The position numbers were made by a program, and so were the translations under genes. From positions 1 through 45,881 of IMG/VR virus record IMGVR_UViG_3300033416_000011: 45,881 nucleotides of DNA; one strand, given 5' to 3'. The stretch comes from a virus (lineage: Duplodnaviria > Caudoviricetes). This document shows positions 23,550-33,376 of this stretch, in pieces. The notes under the pieces were generated by a model. That model saw only the letters and a program-made list of their open reading frames with translations. It was not told where the DNA came from and made no database searches. The stretch's first letter is position 1. Each line of letters begins with the position of its first letter.

Positions 23550-25445
23550 GTGAACTCTTATCTGTACCTCGATTTTGAAACACGATCCAAAGACGATATT
23601 CGAAAATGCGGTGCGCATCGATACGCTGAGGGTCCGACTACTGAGATACTGTGTGTAGCGTACGCCATCAATGCAGGACCGCTACAGTTATCAATACCTG
23701 GTAACGAGGGAGAAGTACCTTTCGAAAGACACGTGCACAACAGTAAGTACAAGCTTGTAGCCCATAACGCAGAGTTTGAAAGGTGTATTCTGCGAAGCAA
23801 GCTAGGAATCGAAACAGATGTAAATAGGTGGGTAGATACCATGGCTCTGGCAGCAGCTCGGGGCTTACCACAGGAGCTTGGGCAGCTGGGCCAGTTTTTG
23901 GGCCTAGATACACAGGCAAAAGCCGTGGGTAAGCTTGCAATAGATGCACTGTGCAAACCGCGCCGAGATGGCTCTTTCTTCAAGTATGCGGATAGGCCAG
24001 CCACATTTGATCAACTATACGCTAGGTGTGCACAAGACGTAGAGTTGTTGAGGGGGGTTCACGCGGCTTTGTCGGGCCTATCTCCTAGAGAGCAGGAGAT
24101 ATACGCTATGACTATGCGTATGAATGGACGGGGGTTTAGAGTAGACCTCCCTGGTGTACGTATGGCGAGCGCACTTGTGGAGGATTACGAAGAGCCGTTG
24201 ACTAAGCGTTTTATGGAGTTGACGGGCTGCCTGCCAAAGTCTTACGTAAAAGTAGCTAAAGTACTTGGCATACCGAGCGTGGATAGAGCAACTGTGCGTA
24301 AGCAACTTAAACGTACAGACCTATCTCCGAGAGACCGTGAAGCGCTGGCCTTGCTAGATACACTTAAAGTGTCTAGCACTGCGAAACTGGAAGCTATGCA
24401 AGACCGCGTATGCGCTGATGGTCGAATACACGGTGGGTTCCGGTACTGTGGAGCCTCGCGTACTGGACGTTGGACAGGCTCTGGTGTGCAGCCACAGAAC
24501 CTCCCTCGCTCATTTAACGAAGAGGATATGGCTACGGCTTTTCGAGCTCTTGACCGTGGTGCGCTCGAAATGCTGTTTGATGGAACGCCTCAGCCAGCAC
24601 CCGAGCCGCCTTTAACAGTGCTTTCTGCGCTATCAAAGATGGTGCGCGGGATGATTGTGGGGCCTCTTACGGTGGGTGACCTAGCCCAAATAGAGGCCCG
24701 CATACTGTGCTGGCTTGCAGGCCAGAATGACTTGTTAGACGTGTTTCGCAACAAAGGCGACCCCTATTGTCTGATGGCCTCGAAAATCTACGGCAGGGAG
24801 ATAACTAAAAAAGATAAGATCGAGCGTACAGTCGGAAAAGAGGCCGTGTTGGGCGCGGGGTACGGGCTAGGTGCCAACAAGCTGCTAAAACAGCTCACCG
24901 AAAAGTACGGGCTGGACGTACCTGAAAGCCTGGCGAAGAAAGTTATCACGGTGTACCGGCAGTCAAATAGATACGTGGTTAATTTCTGGCTTAGGTTAGA
25001 GAAAAGCTTCGCCTACGCCATCAGGTCTAGAGCCGAGGTGGCTGTCACCGAAAAGCTAAAGGTAGGGCACACGTTGCTATACAGGAATCCGTGCCTTTGG
25101 GTCGAGTTGCCATCTAAGCGTAAGCTGTACTATCTACAGCCTCGATTGACTGACGGTAGGATAAGCTACCAGGGGCAAGAACAGGGGCGTTGGGGCTGGA
25201 TCAGTACCTACGGGGGCAAAATCGCTGAGAACATTGTGCAGGCTGTGGCCAGGGACGTACTCGCGCACGCTATGCTGATAACGGACAGGGCCGGTTTACC
25301 AATAGTGATGACCGTGCATGACGAGATTGTGGTTGAGGGGAACTGCAAAGACCAGTTGCACAGTGCCATGACCGCAGTGCCCACGTGGGCACAGGGGCTT
25401 CCTATCGAAGCCGAAGTTTTCGAAGCGTATAGGTACCGAAAATGA
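23550..25445 (+). CDS. Family A DNA polymerase with 3'-5' exonuclease (APSE/SPO2-like)
   Basis: LDFETRS, AHNAEFER, RTGRW...QPQNLPR, D.AQIEAR (motif A), R..GK...LG.GYG (motif B), ENIVQA.ARD and VHDE (motif C). Probable GTG start at 23550. Confidence 0.95.
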   Translation: MNSYLYLDFETRSKDDIRKCGAHRYAEGPTTEILCVAYAINAGPLQLSIPGNEGEVPFERHVHNSKYKLVAHNAEFERCILRSKLGIETDVNRWVDTMALAAARGLPQELGQLGQFLGLDTQAKAVGKLAIDALCKPRRDGSFFKYADRPATFDQLYARCAQDVELLRGVHAALSGLSPREQEIYAMTMRMNGRGFRVDLPGVRMASALVEDYEEPLTKRFMELTGCLPKSYVKVAKVLGIPSVDRATVRKQLKRTDLSPRDREALALLDTLKVSSTAKLEAMQDRVCADGRIHGGFRYCGASRTGRWTGSGVQPQNLPRSFNEEDMATAFRALDRGALEMLFDGTPQPAPEPPLTVLSALSKMVRGMIVGPLTVGDLAQIEARILCWLAGQNDLLDVFRNKGDPYCLMASKIYGREITKKDKIERTVGKEAVLGAGYGLGANKLLKQLTEKYGLDVPESLAKKVITVYRQSNRYVVNFWLRLEKSFAYAIRSRAEVAVTEKLKVGHTLLYRNPCLWVELPSKRKLYYLQPRLTDGRISYQGQEQGRWGWISTYGGKIAENIVQAVARDVLAHAMLITDRAGLPIVMTVHDEIVVEGNCKDQLHSAMTAVPTWAQGLPIEAEVFEAYRYRK

Positions 25446-25501
25446 TCTGTTCACGACTTATCCATAGTTGGTTCGGGCCAGCTTGTGTAACCATCTTAGG
25501 A

Positions 25502-25834
25502 ATGGAAAAAACAGAATCTAGATATCAAATAGAAAAGAAAGTGAGGGAAATAATTGCCGAGGTTGTGGAGGAAAACCCGGAAGAAATAGGGTTATCAACA
25601 CCTGTATCTCTTTACGATGATGAAGATGATGGTCCAAGTTATTGGTACAGCTGGTGGTGTTTGAGTTTAGAACAGTGGCTTGAATTGTTTGCGAAATTGC
25701 AAGAAGGTTTTGATTTTGATTTGAATTTAGAGAACAGTAAAGATCAAATATAATTTGATTTTGTTGCAGATATTGTTGAACACGTGGTTTGGAGGGGTGT
25801 GTTATCGAATAAAACAATTCGTCCTGGGGTGTAG
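25502..25834 (+). pseudogene. AT-rich acyl-carrier-protein-like gene with an in-frame TAA at 25751-25753
   Basis: IEKKVREIIAEVV...PEEI...LELFAKLQEGFD follows the ACP helix pattern. After the stop the frame continues FDFVADIVEHV, resembling ACP helix IV. Confidence 0.55.
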
Positions 25835-25904
25835 AACTATCAACAAATTGCGAACCTCTTGTGTCTTAAAGTGGTATGTTTTGAGGAATGGTGGGCGATA
25901 ACTA

Positions 25905-26348
25905 ATGGTATATGTGCATAACGTTCCACGTATCGACCTAATTGGGCCGGACACGTGCCGGATATGGTTCCAGATTGAGGGTTGCGATGGCGTTAGTAGG
26001 TGCGGCGTAGGAAGCTGCGGCATCGACCCCCACGAGGCCAACCCAGACTCTTGGTATAGTTGGGTGCAGGATGCTATAGAGATATTCATCGAGACAGCCA
26101 CCGAACCAGAAGATTGGGATATGTGGGGGCTACGTCAAGGTATCGCGCTATACCAGCCTTTCCTAGTTGAGCTGAGACCACCTGTGTACTCCAGATGCGG
26201 GGAGTACGGAATGGACGTAGATGTCGACTTCGATTTCGACATAATCGCTGCCTTACGGTGGCCTAACACTCGCACTGTAGACACCTTGGATAGGCTATGT
26301 GGCTTGCCGTTTCTGAGCAACGGGATTTGGAGAACGGCTCTACTATAG
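25905..26348 (+). CDS. Hypothetical protein
   Basis: 147 aa acidic ORF on the operon strand. Confidence 0.6.
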   Translation: MVYVHNVPRIDLIGPDTCRIWFQIEGCDGVSRCGVGSCGIDPHEANPDSWYSWVQDAIEIFIETATEPEDWDMWGLRQGIALYQPFLVELRPPVYSRCGEYGMDVDVDFDFDIIAALRWPNTRTVDTLDRLCGLPFLSNGIWRTALL

Positions 26349-26355
26349 GTACGCT

Positions 26356-26676
26356 ATGCCAAAGCCTCTGAGAAAAGAAGCCAGCTTAGAGACGGCACTA
26401 GGAACCTATGTTAATAGCGAGCTAGGACCGCACAGCTACTTAAAAGCCGGGGACCAGGGCTGGCCTGACCGACTAATTCTGCTTCCTGGAGGTAAGCACT
26501 TTTGGGTCGAATTCAAGACACCCAAGGGGCGGTTACGGCCCGCCCAGGTGGCACTGTTCAAAGTGTTGACTACCCGTGGTGATAGGGTGTTCGTGGTCAA
26601 GTCCACTGAGGAATTGGACGCTGTGATAGGAGCGATAAAGATAGCTAAATTGCAACATGACCTAATGACTAAGTGA
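26356..26676 (+). CDS. VRR-NUC domain nuclease
   Basis: E..LE, GWPDRLILLPGG, VEFKTPKGRL.P.Q motifs. Confidence 0.92.
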   Translation: MPKPLRKEASLETALGTYVNSELGPHSYLKAGDQGWPDRLILLPGGKHFWVEFKTPKGRLRPAQVALFKVLTTRGDRVFVVKSTEELDAVIGAIKIAKLQHDLMTK

Positions 26677-26691
26677 AAGGACTACGAACGT

Positions 26692-26877
26692 ATGGACAGT
26701 ATAAGTAAAGAAGAGGTTCACAACTGGAAACTATCTTCTGGAATATGGGCTAGGCTTTCGTTGACAGGCCCGCTAGACCGACAGGCCTACGCCACGCTAG
26801 TTGAATACGTGAAATTGATTGGGACAGATCTAGACCCGAGCCCACCAAAGGACGTTAAACTAACTAGGCAGGGCTAA
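26692..26877 (+). CDS. Small hypothetical protein
   Basis: 61 aa, AAGGA RBS, fills the gap exactly. Confidence 0.55.
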   Translation: MDSISKEEVHNWKLSSGIWARLSLTGPLDRQAYATLVEYVKLIGTDLDPSPPKDVKLTRQG

Positions 26878-26883
26878 ACAGCC

Positions 26884-28215
26884 ATGCGCGCTAGGTCGGA
26901 CCTATACGCGTATCAACGCACAGTGATAGAGCGAATGGTGGGCACTCATCAGCTAGCGGTGTTTCTAGATCCTGGCCTAGGCAAAACTGCTTCTACTCTA
27001 ACAGCGCTACACGACTTGAAGGTTCCGTCTACACTTATAGTAGCCCCTGCTAAAGTCGTAGAAATGGAAGTATGGCAGAGAGAAGCATTGAACTGGGGGC
27101 ATCTATCGAAGTACAAAGTAATAGGCGTGCTAGGCACCCCTTCCCAACGGCTTCACGCGTTAGCCACCCCAGCGCGTGCTTACGTGATAAGTTACGCAAA
27201 TCTGCGGTGGCTAACCGAGCACAGCACGCTAGATTTCGATGCGGTAGTTTTCGATGAGCTGTCACGTTTAAAGCACCCTGGGTCCCTGCAATTTAAAACC
27301 ATGCGGTATCGGCTAGGTCACGTGCCTAGACGATACGGATTGACTGGAAGTCCTATAGGGAACCATTTGCGCGACCTGTGGGGCGAGCTTTACGCGGTAG
27401 CACTCGACAAACCGCTGGGCACTTCCAAAGTACAGTTTGACTATCAGTACTTCTACACGGTTCCACTGGGGAAGACTGGGGCTTGCGTATACAAGCCTAG
27501 GCCCGAAGCCGAAACTGAGATTTTCAAACGCATCCGACCTTGGGTGTACACCCTGGACACCGAGGACGTACCCAAATGGTTTATACGTATTAACCGTATT
27601 AAGGTGCCCTTACCGCCGAGCACCAAAGCACTGGTAGACAAGCTGCGCAAAGAGCTCGAGATAGAGCTAGCTAGCGGAAAGCACATACTAGCCTTGGCGA
27701 GCTCGGCGCTGGCACTGAAAATACAGCAGCTAAACAGCGGGGCACTGTACACAGATAGCGAAGGCAGTTGGGAAGAGGTACACACCGCGAAAACGGACGC
27801 ATTAGAAGCGCTCGTAGAAGAGCTGGACGGCGAACCACTCATAGTGTACTACTGGTTCAAAAACGAAGCCGAGCGGCTACGGAAAAGGTTCCCCAAAGCT
27901 CGGACGCTGCAATCTGCTAAGGATTACGCAGATTGGAACGATCGCCGTATACCAATTTTGCTTGCGCAACCTGCCAGCACAGGCCTTGGGCTGAATCTGC
28001 AACACGGTGGGCACCACCTGGCGTGGTACACACTGCCTTGGAGCTACGAAATTTTCAAGCAAGCAAATGCAAGGCTTACGCGCCCTGGGCAACGTAGCCC
28101 CTACGTTGTCATACATATGCTTACGGGGGAACTGGACGGGAGGGTAGAGGACGCGCTACGTAATAAGGCATCAACGGAGCAGCGGTTAATGGCAGGATAT
28201 AGTTACCTGGAGTGA
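26884..28215 (+). CDS. SNF2-family helicase
   Basis: YQ, D.GLGKT, VVFDELS, GLTGSP, GLNLQ and QANARL.RPGQ motifs. Confidence 0.93.
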   Translation: MRARSDLYAYQRTVIERMVGTHQLAVFLDPGLGKTASTLTALHDLKVPSTLIVAPAKVVEMEVWQREALNWGHLSKYKVIGVLGTPSQRLHALATPARAYVISYANLRWLTEHSTLDFDAVVFDELSRLKHPGSLQFKTMRYRLGHVPRRYGLTGSPIGNHLRDLWGELYAVALDKPLGTSKVQFDYQYFYTVPLGKTGACVYKPRPEAETEIFKRIRPWVYTLDTEDVPKWFIRINRIKVPLPPSTKALVDKLRKELEIELASGKHILALASSALALKIQQLNSGALYTDSEGSWEEVHTAKTDALEALVEELDGEPLIVYYWFKNEAERLRKRFPKARTLQSAKDYADWNDRRIPILLAQPASTGLGLNLQHGGHHLAWYTLPWSYEIFKQANARLTRPGQRSPYVVIHMLTGELDGRVEDALRNKASTEQRLMAGYSYLE

Positions 28216-28216
28216 T

Positions 28217-30346
28217 ATGCTATACTGTGACCCCGCTCAAATTTCAGCCAACGTACCCGCGATACTCTTGTATAACAAGCGTTGGATACTGTGGGGGGAC
28301 GGCAAAGGTCCCGATGCGAAGGGCAAAATCAACAAACAGCCCTGGAAAAGCACCACCGCCGAAGAGTGGGATAGCACGCCTAAGCTGCTCAAAATGCTCG
28401 GTTTTACTCGTGCCAGTGGCGTAGGGTACGTATTTACGGGTAGCACCGATAGAGTAGTAGGTATAGACGCCGACGGTGTAATAGATGATGGCGGAGTACC
28501 CACTGAGCTAGGTAGAGCCCTGTTGAGCGCTTTTCCAAATACGTACTGTGAGTATTCACCCCGTAGGAAGGGGCTACACTTTCTAGCGCTGGGTGACGTC
28601 GAGAAGAACCTGTTGAAGAAAGTGGCCGACCACTGCCAAGTCGAAGTGTACACTGGAAGTGGAGCTGCACACTACCTAACGATAACGGGCTGGTGTCTGC
28701 CAGGGCGCGAGCGCGCTTTGTACGATTTCGGCGGAAGCGTAGAGAGCACGATCGCGGAAGCGATCAACAGTGCCACTGAAACAAGCACCGAGTTTTGGGC
28801 CCCGTTCTACACGGACAAAGAGTGGAAAGCCGTGCCCGAGAAAATTCGCGGATTGCTGGTAGGTACCCGTACTAGGGGCGAACGTAGCGAATTGATAGCA
28901 TCCTGCATTGCTCGCGAGTTACGGCACCGCCGAAGCCCAGATGACTTAATCCGCCTACTCCTAACAGCGCCTGGTACACTCTCCTATCTGCAGAAGCACA
29001 AGGACCCAGAAGCTTTCGCGCGGCAAGAAGTGGAACGGGTGCAGGAATTCGTAGGCAGAAAGCAGGAAGAAAGCGACTCAGCGCTAGAAGCACTTAACGA
29101 AGAGTACGCAGTGGTAGACGACTGCGGGGCAGTGCACGTAGTGGCAAATCGCGAGGACTTCGCATTGAAGCGTACTAGATTGGTGCGATACTCGATGCAG
29201 GGCTTCCGGGACCTGCTCAGACACAAAAGCGTAGTGGTGGGCGAGGAAAAGCCCAAACTCGTGCCGCTCGCGGAAGCCTGGCTTAGTTGGCCACAGCGCA
29301 AACAGTACAAGGGCATAGTGCTAGACCCTGATTGCACCGACCCCGGTTACTACAATCTATGGAGAGGGTGGGCCGTAGAGCCGGCCCCTGGTGACTGGGA
29401 GCTACTGAAAAATCACGTAGCACAGGTGATATGCAACAATGACTCTAGGTTAATGGACTACCTACTCAAGTGGATGGCGTTGCTAGTCCAGCAACCTGGA
29501 GTGCTACCTGGGGTTGCATTAGTGTTACGAGGCGCTGAGGGGGTTGGCAAAAGCTTCTTTGGCCAGATGCTACTACGCCTGGCCGGTAGCCATGGACTAC
29601 AAGTATCAAACGCAAAACATGTCACAGGGCACTTTAATTCGCATCTACAGAATACGGTGGTGTTGTTGATAGACGATGCTTCGATCGCTCTCGATGCTAC
29701 TAGCGAGGGGGTGCTGAAGGCGTTGATCACCGACCCAGTATGTGTAATCGAGGCCAAGGGTAGAGACTCCTATCAACACCAGAACCTACTACACATAGTG
29801 ATAACATCTAACCTAGACCGCGTAGTACCAGCTGGGCTAGAAGCACGTAGGTACTGCGTGTTGCAAGTCTCTAACACGCATCGAAATGACTTCGAGTATT
29901 TTGAACAGCTGCAACAGGCGCTTGACACTCCCGAGTGCTTAAGTGCTATGCTCTACGAATTGATGCACGTGGAGACTTCGCTTTCTGCAGTGCGCACGGT
30001 GCCAAACACCAAGGCGCTGACAGAGCAGAAGCTTCAATCGCTAGACAGCCTACACGGATGGTACGTTAATTTACTGTCCAGTGGGTGCAACAGTGTCTGG
30101 GAAGAATCGGGTTGGCTGGGGTCTGTGCCCACCGCCGAGGTGTATAACTCTTACCTGCAACACATGCAAAAGCACGAACGAGCTCGCGCTCCTGTTAACC
30201 AGATAGTATTCGGTAGGCGAATGAGACCCCTAATAGAGCGTGTAACTACGAGAGAGAAAAAGCACTGTTATGTTTTCGGTACCCTAGCAGAAGCTAGAAC
30301 GCGTTTTTGTGAAGTCACTAAACTACCTGTATCGGTGTTCGATTAA
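28217..30346 (+). CDS. Primase-polymerase fused to an SF3/DUF5906-type helicase (NrS-1-like)
   Basis: N-terminal GIDADG, EYSP...GLH and EVY motifs. C-terminal YNLWRGW, G.EGVGKS, FN.HL, LK.LIT, IE.KG.D, SN and RRY motifs. Confidence 0.9.
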   Translation: MLYCDPAQISANVPAILLYNKRWILWGDGKGPDAKGKINKQPWKSTTAEEWDSTPKLLKMLGFTRASGVGYVFTGSTDRVVGIDADGVIDDGGVPTELGRALLSAFPNTYCEYSPRRKGLHFLALGDVEKNLLKKVADHCQVEVYTGSGAAHYLTITGWCLPGRERALYDFGGSVESTIAEAINSATETSTEFWAPFYTDKEWKAVPEKIRGLLVGTRTRGERSELIASCIARELRHRRSPDDLIRLLLTAPGTLSYLQKHKDPEAFARQEVERVQEFVGRKQEESDSALEALNEEYAVVDDCGAVHVVANREDFALKRTRLVRYSMQGFRDLLRHKSVVVGEEKPKLVPLAEAWLSWPQRKQYKGIVLDPDCTDPGYYNLWRGWAVEPAPGDWELLKNHVAQVICNNDSRLMDYLLKWMALLVQQPGVLPGVALVLRGAEGVGKSFFGQMLLRLAGSHGLQVSNAKHVTGHFNSHLQNTVVLLIDDASIALDATSEGVLKALITDPVCVIEAKGRDSYQHQNLLHIVITSNLDRVVPAGLEARRYCVLQVSNTHRNDFEYFEQLQQALDTPECLSAMLYELMHVETSLSAVRTVPNTKALTEQKLQSLDSLHGWYVNLLSSGCNSVWEESGWLGSVPTAEVYNSYLQHMQKHERARAPVNQIVFGRRMRPLIERVTTREKKHCYVFGTLAEARTRFCEVTKLPVSVFD

Positions 30347-31632
30347 TGCCTACCGAAGCCACGGCCTTTATCGAAGATTTCCTGCGCAGTGATAGCACTC
30401 TGGCGCTGCTGGAAGGCCCTGCAGGCACAGGTAAAACCACCGCAGTAGTGGACTTCCTGAAAACCCGAGGGGTGGCTACGGCTCTCGCAGCGCCTACCCA
30501 CAAAGCACTCAGAGTTCTATGTGCTAAACTAGCGTGTGCAGGCGTACCAGTATCTTACGATTTTTCGGGCACATCGGGAGTGCAAGCTAGCACCACGGCC
30601 AAACTGTTGGGCATAGCTCCGATTATCGGAGATACTCAGGACACCGAAGTACGCTTCGCCTCGGTGGGCAGTAGCGCCCTGTTGCTCGCGATGCATGCTA
30701 GACTACTGGTGATAGACGAAGCTTCTATGCTGGGGTGGCCCGAGCTGGAGAGAGTGTGGGAAAAGTTACAGCATCGGGCCAAGATACTGCTAGTAGGAGA
30801 CCGAGCGCAGTTGCCCCCAGTGAAAAAGAAAGCGATACCCTTTGGAGACATCAAAGCTAGGCTACACTTAAGCACTCCCTGGCGACAGGCTGCCGGAAGC
30901 GGGATCTTGCAGTTAGCCAACTACGTAGCCGAAGAGGGGAAGCTCCCGACTCGCAGGAACGGCGAAGGTGTAACTTACGTAAATGAGCTGTTGGGGGCAT
31001 TCTCGTTGCTAGAATCACCAGCACAAGAGGAGCATCAACGCGCTGTGTATATAGCGTATCGAAATTGTACGGTAGACTATGCTCAGGAACGTATTTGCAG
31101 GGAACTGCTGGGCCACAGCGCTAAGGTAGTACGCGACGGAGAGTACGTACTATCAGAAGCTAATGTTTACGAGGGAAAACGACTGCTTTGTGCTAACCAG
31201 GAAGAATTCCGGGTGGTGCGTGTACGTGAAGACAGAAGCAGCGCCACCCTGCTATCTGTAGACATGCAGCGTGTTAACGGAGAGTCGGTGTCAATAGGCT
31301 ACTTACCCGGGGAGATAGGTGCAGATCACCCGTACGCAGTGGAATTAGGGTCTAGGCTAGAACGTGCGCAAAAGCTGGAACAGCGAAAGCGCGCGGGTGA
31401 ACGAGTGGACGAGGAACGAAGGGCCGCCTGGAGAGAGTACTTCTTTTGGCGTGACCAGACTTGCGTTAGACTTAGGCACCCGTTCGCGCTTACCGCGCAC
31501 AAAGCGCAGGGCTCTACTTACCACACGGTATATGCGGACGTTGGGGACTTAGCGCGAGGGGGAAAGGCAGCTTTGTATGTGGCAGTTAGCAGGCCGAGCC
31601 ATAGGCTGATTTTGCAGAAAGGGAGTGTATGA
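30346..31632 (+). CDS. Dda/RecD-like superfamily 1B helicase
   Basis: GPAGTGKT, APTHKA, IDEASM, GD.AQLPPV, RQ and A.TAHKAQGSTY...LYVAVSR motifs. Confidence 0.92.
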   Translation: MPTEATAFIEDFLRSDSTLALLEGPAGTGKTTAVVDFLKTRGVATALAAPTHKALRVLCAKLACAGVPVSYDFSGTSGVQASTTAKLLGIAPIIGDTQDTEVRFASVGSSALLLAMHARLLVIDEASMLGWPELERVWEKLQHRAKILLVGDRAQLPPVKKKAIPFGDIKARLHLSTPWRQAAGSGILQLANYVAEEGKLPTRRNGEGVTYVNELLGAFSLLESPAQEEHQRAVYIAYRNCTVDYAQERICRELLGHSAKVVRDGEYVLSEANVYEGKRLLCANQEEFRVVRVREDRSSATLLSVDMQRVNGESVSIGYLPGEIGADHPYAVELGSRLERAQKLEQRKRAGERVDEERRAAWREYFFWRDQTCVRLRHPFALTAHKAQGSTYHTVYADVGDLARGGKAALYVAVSRPSHRLILQKGSV

Positions 31633-32195
31633 GCCGTAAATCACAGGCATGGAGGGCACTGAAAAAGTTGGGTGCCTGCCCCGAAGCGGTAGAATGGATG
31701 CGCAGCAATAGAACTCTTAGTGACGACGAGCTGTGGCGCTGCTGTACGTATGCACCTTGGCTATTGTGGGCGGCTTCTTTCGGGCTACGTAGCCCTGATA
31801 GTAGACACCGAGAGTTAGTGGCCGAAACTATCCGTGCTTGTGCGCTACCTACTTTACGCAGTTTGGCCGTGCCTTATGCAGATATTGCGAAAGGCCTCTA
31901 CATGCTGGAGCACATGCAAGACCGGGACGCAGCGCTAGCTGTCCTGGGTATTGTCGACGACAGGACAATGCACTCTAGCGCATTGCGCTGTATTCGCGCC
32001 CCTGTGCTAGCTCGACAGGTCGCGGAGGACAGGTGTAGCTGGAGCACTAATGCACCGAGCACCCCAGTAAGCGTAGCTTTCGCAGCGTGCGGAACTGCAG
32101 CCACTAACAGGCTATGCTGCGACATAATTAAGGCTAATATCACAGCTAAACAGGTATCTGACTGGGCGTCCGGTGAAAGGAGGATACGCCGATAG
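31629..32195 (+). CDS. Phage hypothetical protein
   Basis: L.KLGAC.EAVEW...W..C....WLLW pattern; ATGA coupled. Confidence 0.65.
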   Translation: MSRKSQAWRALKKLGACPEAVEWMRSNRTLSDDELWRCCTYAPWLLWAASFGLRSPDSRHRELVAETIRACALPTLRSLAVPYADIAKGLYMLEHMQDRDAALAVLGIVDDRTMHSSALRCIRAPVLARQVAEDRCSWSTNAPSTPVSVAFAACGTAATNRLCCDIIKANITAKQVSDWASGERRIRR

Positions 32196-32246
32196 AGACT
32201 GTATTAGAAGACGAAAGACGGAAGCATACTTGACTAGGAGGCAACC

Positions 32247-32660
32247 ATGACTCAAATACGTACGATAGCTGAGGTCGCTGAGTTAGCACTGCTGGTATGG
32301 AGGGAAGCACGCGGCGAGACCTACGATGCGAAAGTAGCTGTGGCATACGTAGTCGTGGAGAGAGCTAAAATCGGGGGCTGGTGGGGCAACAGCATACTAG
32401 AAGTTATGGCCAAGCCTTACCAGTTCTCATCGATGACAGACCCGAAAGATCGCCAGTTAGTGAAGTGGCCTCTCTGGACGCCTGACTACGAAATTTGCGT
32501 AGCTATAGCCCGAGACGTGTTGTCAGGCGTAGCTGTAAATCCGATGCACGGCGCGGACCACTATCACGATACCTCGATCGCACCGCCGGAATTTACGCAT
32601 GGCGCCAGGTATTTGGGAAAATTGGGCAGGCTGATGTTTTACCGTGTCACGAAGGGATAA
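32247..32660 (+). CDS. SleB/Hydrolase_2-family cell wall hydrolase (probable endolysin)
   Basis: LA..VW.EARGE, AVA.VV..R, PYQFS, GA.HYH and FY motifs. AGGAGG RBS. Confidence 0.88.
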   Translation: MTQIRTIAEVAELALLVWREARGETYDAKVAVAYVVVERAKIGGWWGNSILEVMAKPYQFSSMTDPKDRQLVKWPLWTPDYEICVAIARDVLSGVAVNPMHGADHYHDTSIAPPEFTHGARYLGKLGRLMFYRVTKG

Positions 32661-32663
32661 CCA

Positions 32664-32903
32664 ATGGTGCTTGTACTCCAGCTTACTCGCGCGGCAGTTA
32701 ACGTGAATGCCGCCTCAGGCAAAAACTGGCATTTTGTGAATGATATATCCTTTGTGGCCTTGTGCGGAGTTAGGCCCAGTGGGGCTACGCCAAAAAGAAG
32801 AGGCTCAGGCTGGTCGAAGTACGAGGGGCGCAGGGCTACGTGCAAGGCCTGTGTCGTAGCCTACCGACGAAAGAACGGATTGATGGTGGCCAGCGAGGAG
32901 TGA
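32664..32903 (+). CDS. Small zinc-finger protein, paralogue 1
   Basis: WH...ALCG...W..YEGRR.TC..C. Confidence 0.7.
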   Translation: MVLVLQLTRAAVNVNAASGKNWHFVNDISFVALCGVRPSGATPKRRGSGWSKYEGRRATCKACVVAYRRKNGLMVASEE

Positions 32904-32909
32904 CACACA

Positions 32910-33116
32910 GTGCTATTACTCAGACTGACTAAAAAGTCGAATACATCGAAAAGCGTAGACGGGCACTGGCACTTCGTGACTAGCGGGTACTTGGTAGCTT
33001 TGTGTGGAGCTGAACCAGATAAACGCAGCTCACAATGGTCTTCGTACGAGGGACGCAGGGTAACCTGCCCTAAGTGCGCATTGAGAGGAACGATCTATGC
33101 AACCTATGCACGATGA
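32910..33116 (+). CDS. Small zinc-finger protein, paralogue 2
   Basis: Same motif series as the upstream gene; GAGGAG RBS. Confidence 0.7.
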   Translation: MLLLRLTKKSNTSKSVDGHWHFVTSGYLVALCGAEPDKRSSQWSSYEGRRVTCPKCALRGTIYATYAR

Positions 33117-33366
33117 ATGGCGCAAGCGTATGTCAGCTATATGCTGGCCTTTGGCCGCATTTCTATCCGCTGCAGCCATGGTGGCGTTTTTCTATACCGC
33201 CGTACACGCAAGCCAGACTCCTGAAGAGCTCCCTGTGCTTTTCCCGCCCCTGCAGTGTAACGCAGCTACACGAGGGGCGGTAGGTGTCATGAGATACTTT
33301 GGCGGCGAGGCCAAGTACTTGTGCATGAAGGTAAACGGAGAGTACAGTTGGCAACGCGTACCATGA
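33097..33366 (+). CDS. Membrane-anchored or exported protein with a two-Cys C-terminal module
   Basis: Hydrophobic segment followed by CNAATRG...LCMK..GEYSW. Confidence 0.65.
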   Translation: MQPMHDEWRKRMSAICWPLAAFLSAAAMVAFFYTAVHASQTPEELPVLFPPLQCNAATRGAVGVMRYFGGEAKYLCMKVNGEYSWQRVP

Positions 33367-33376
33367 GGAGTGTACA

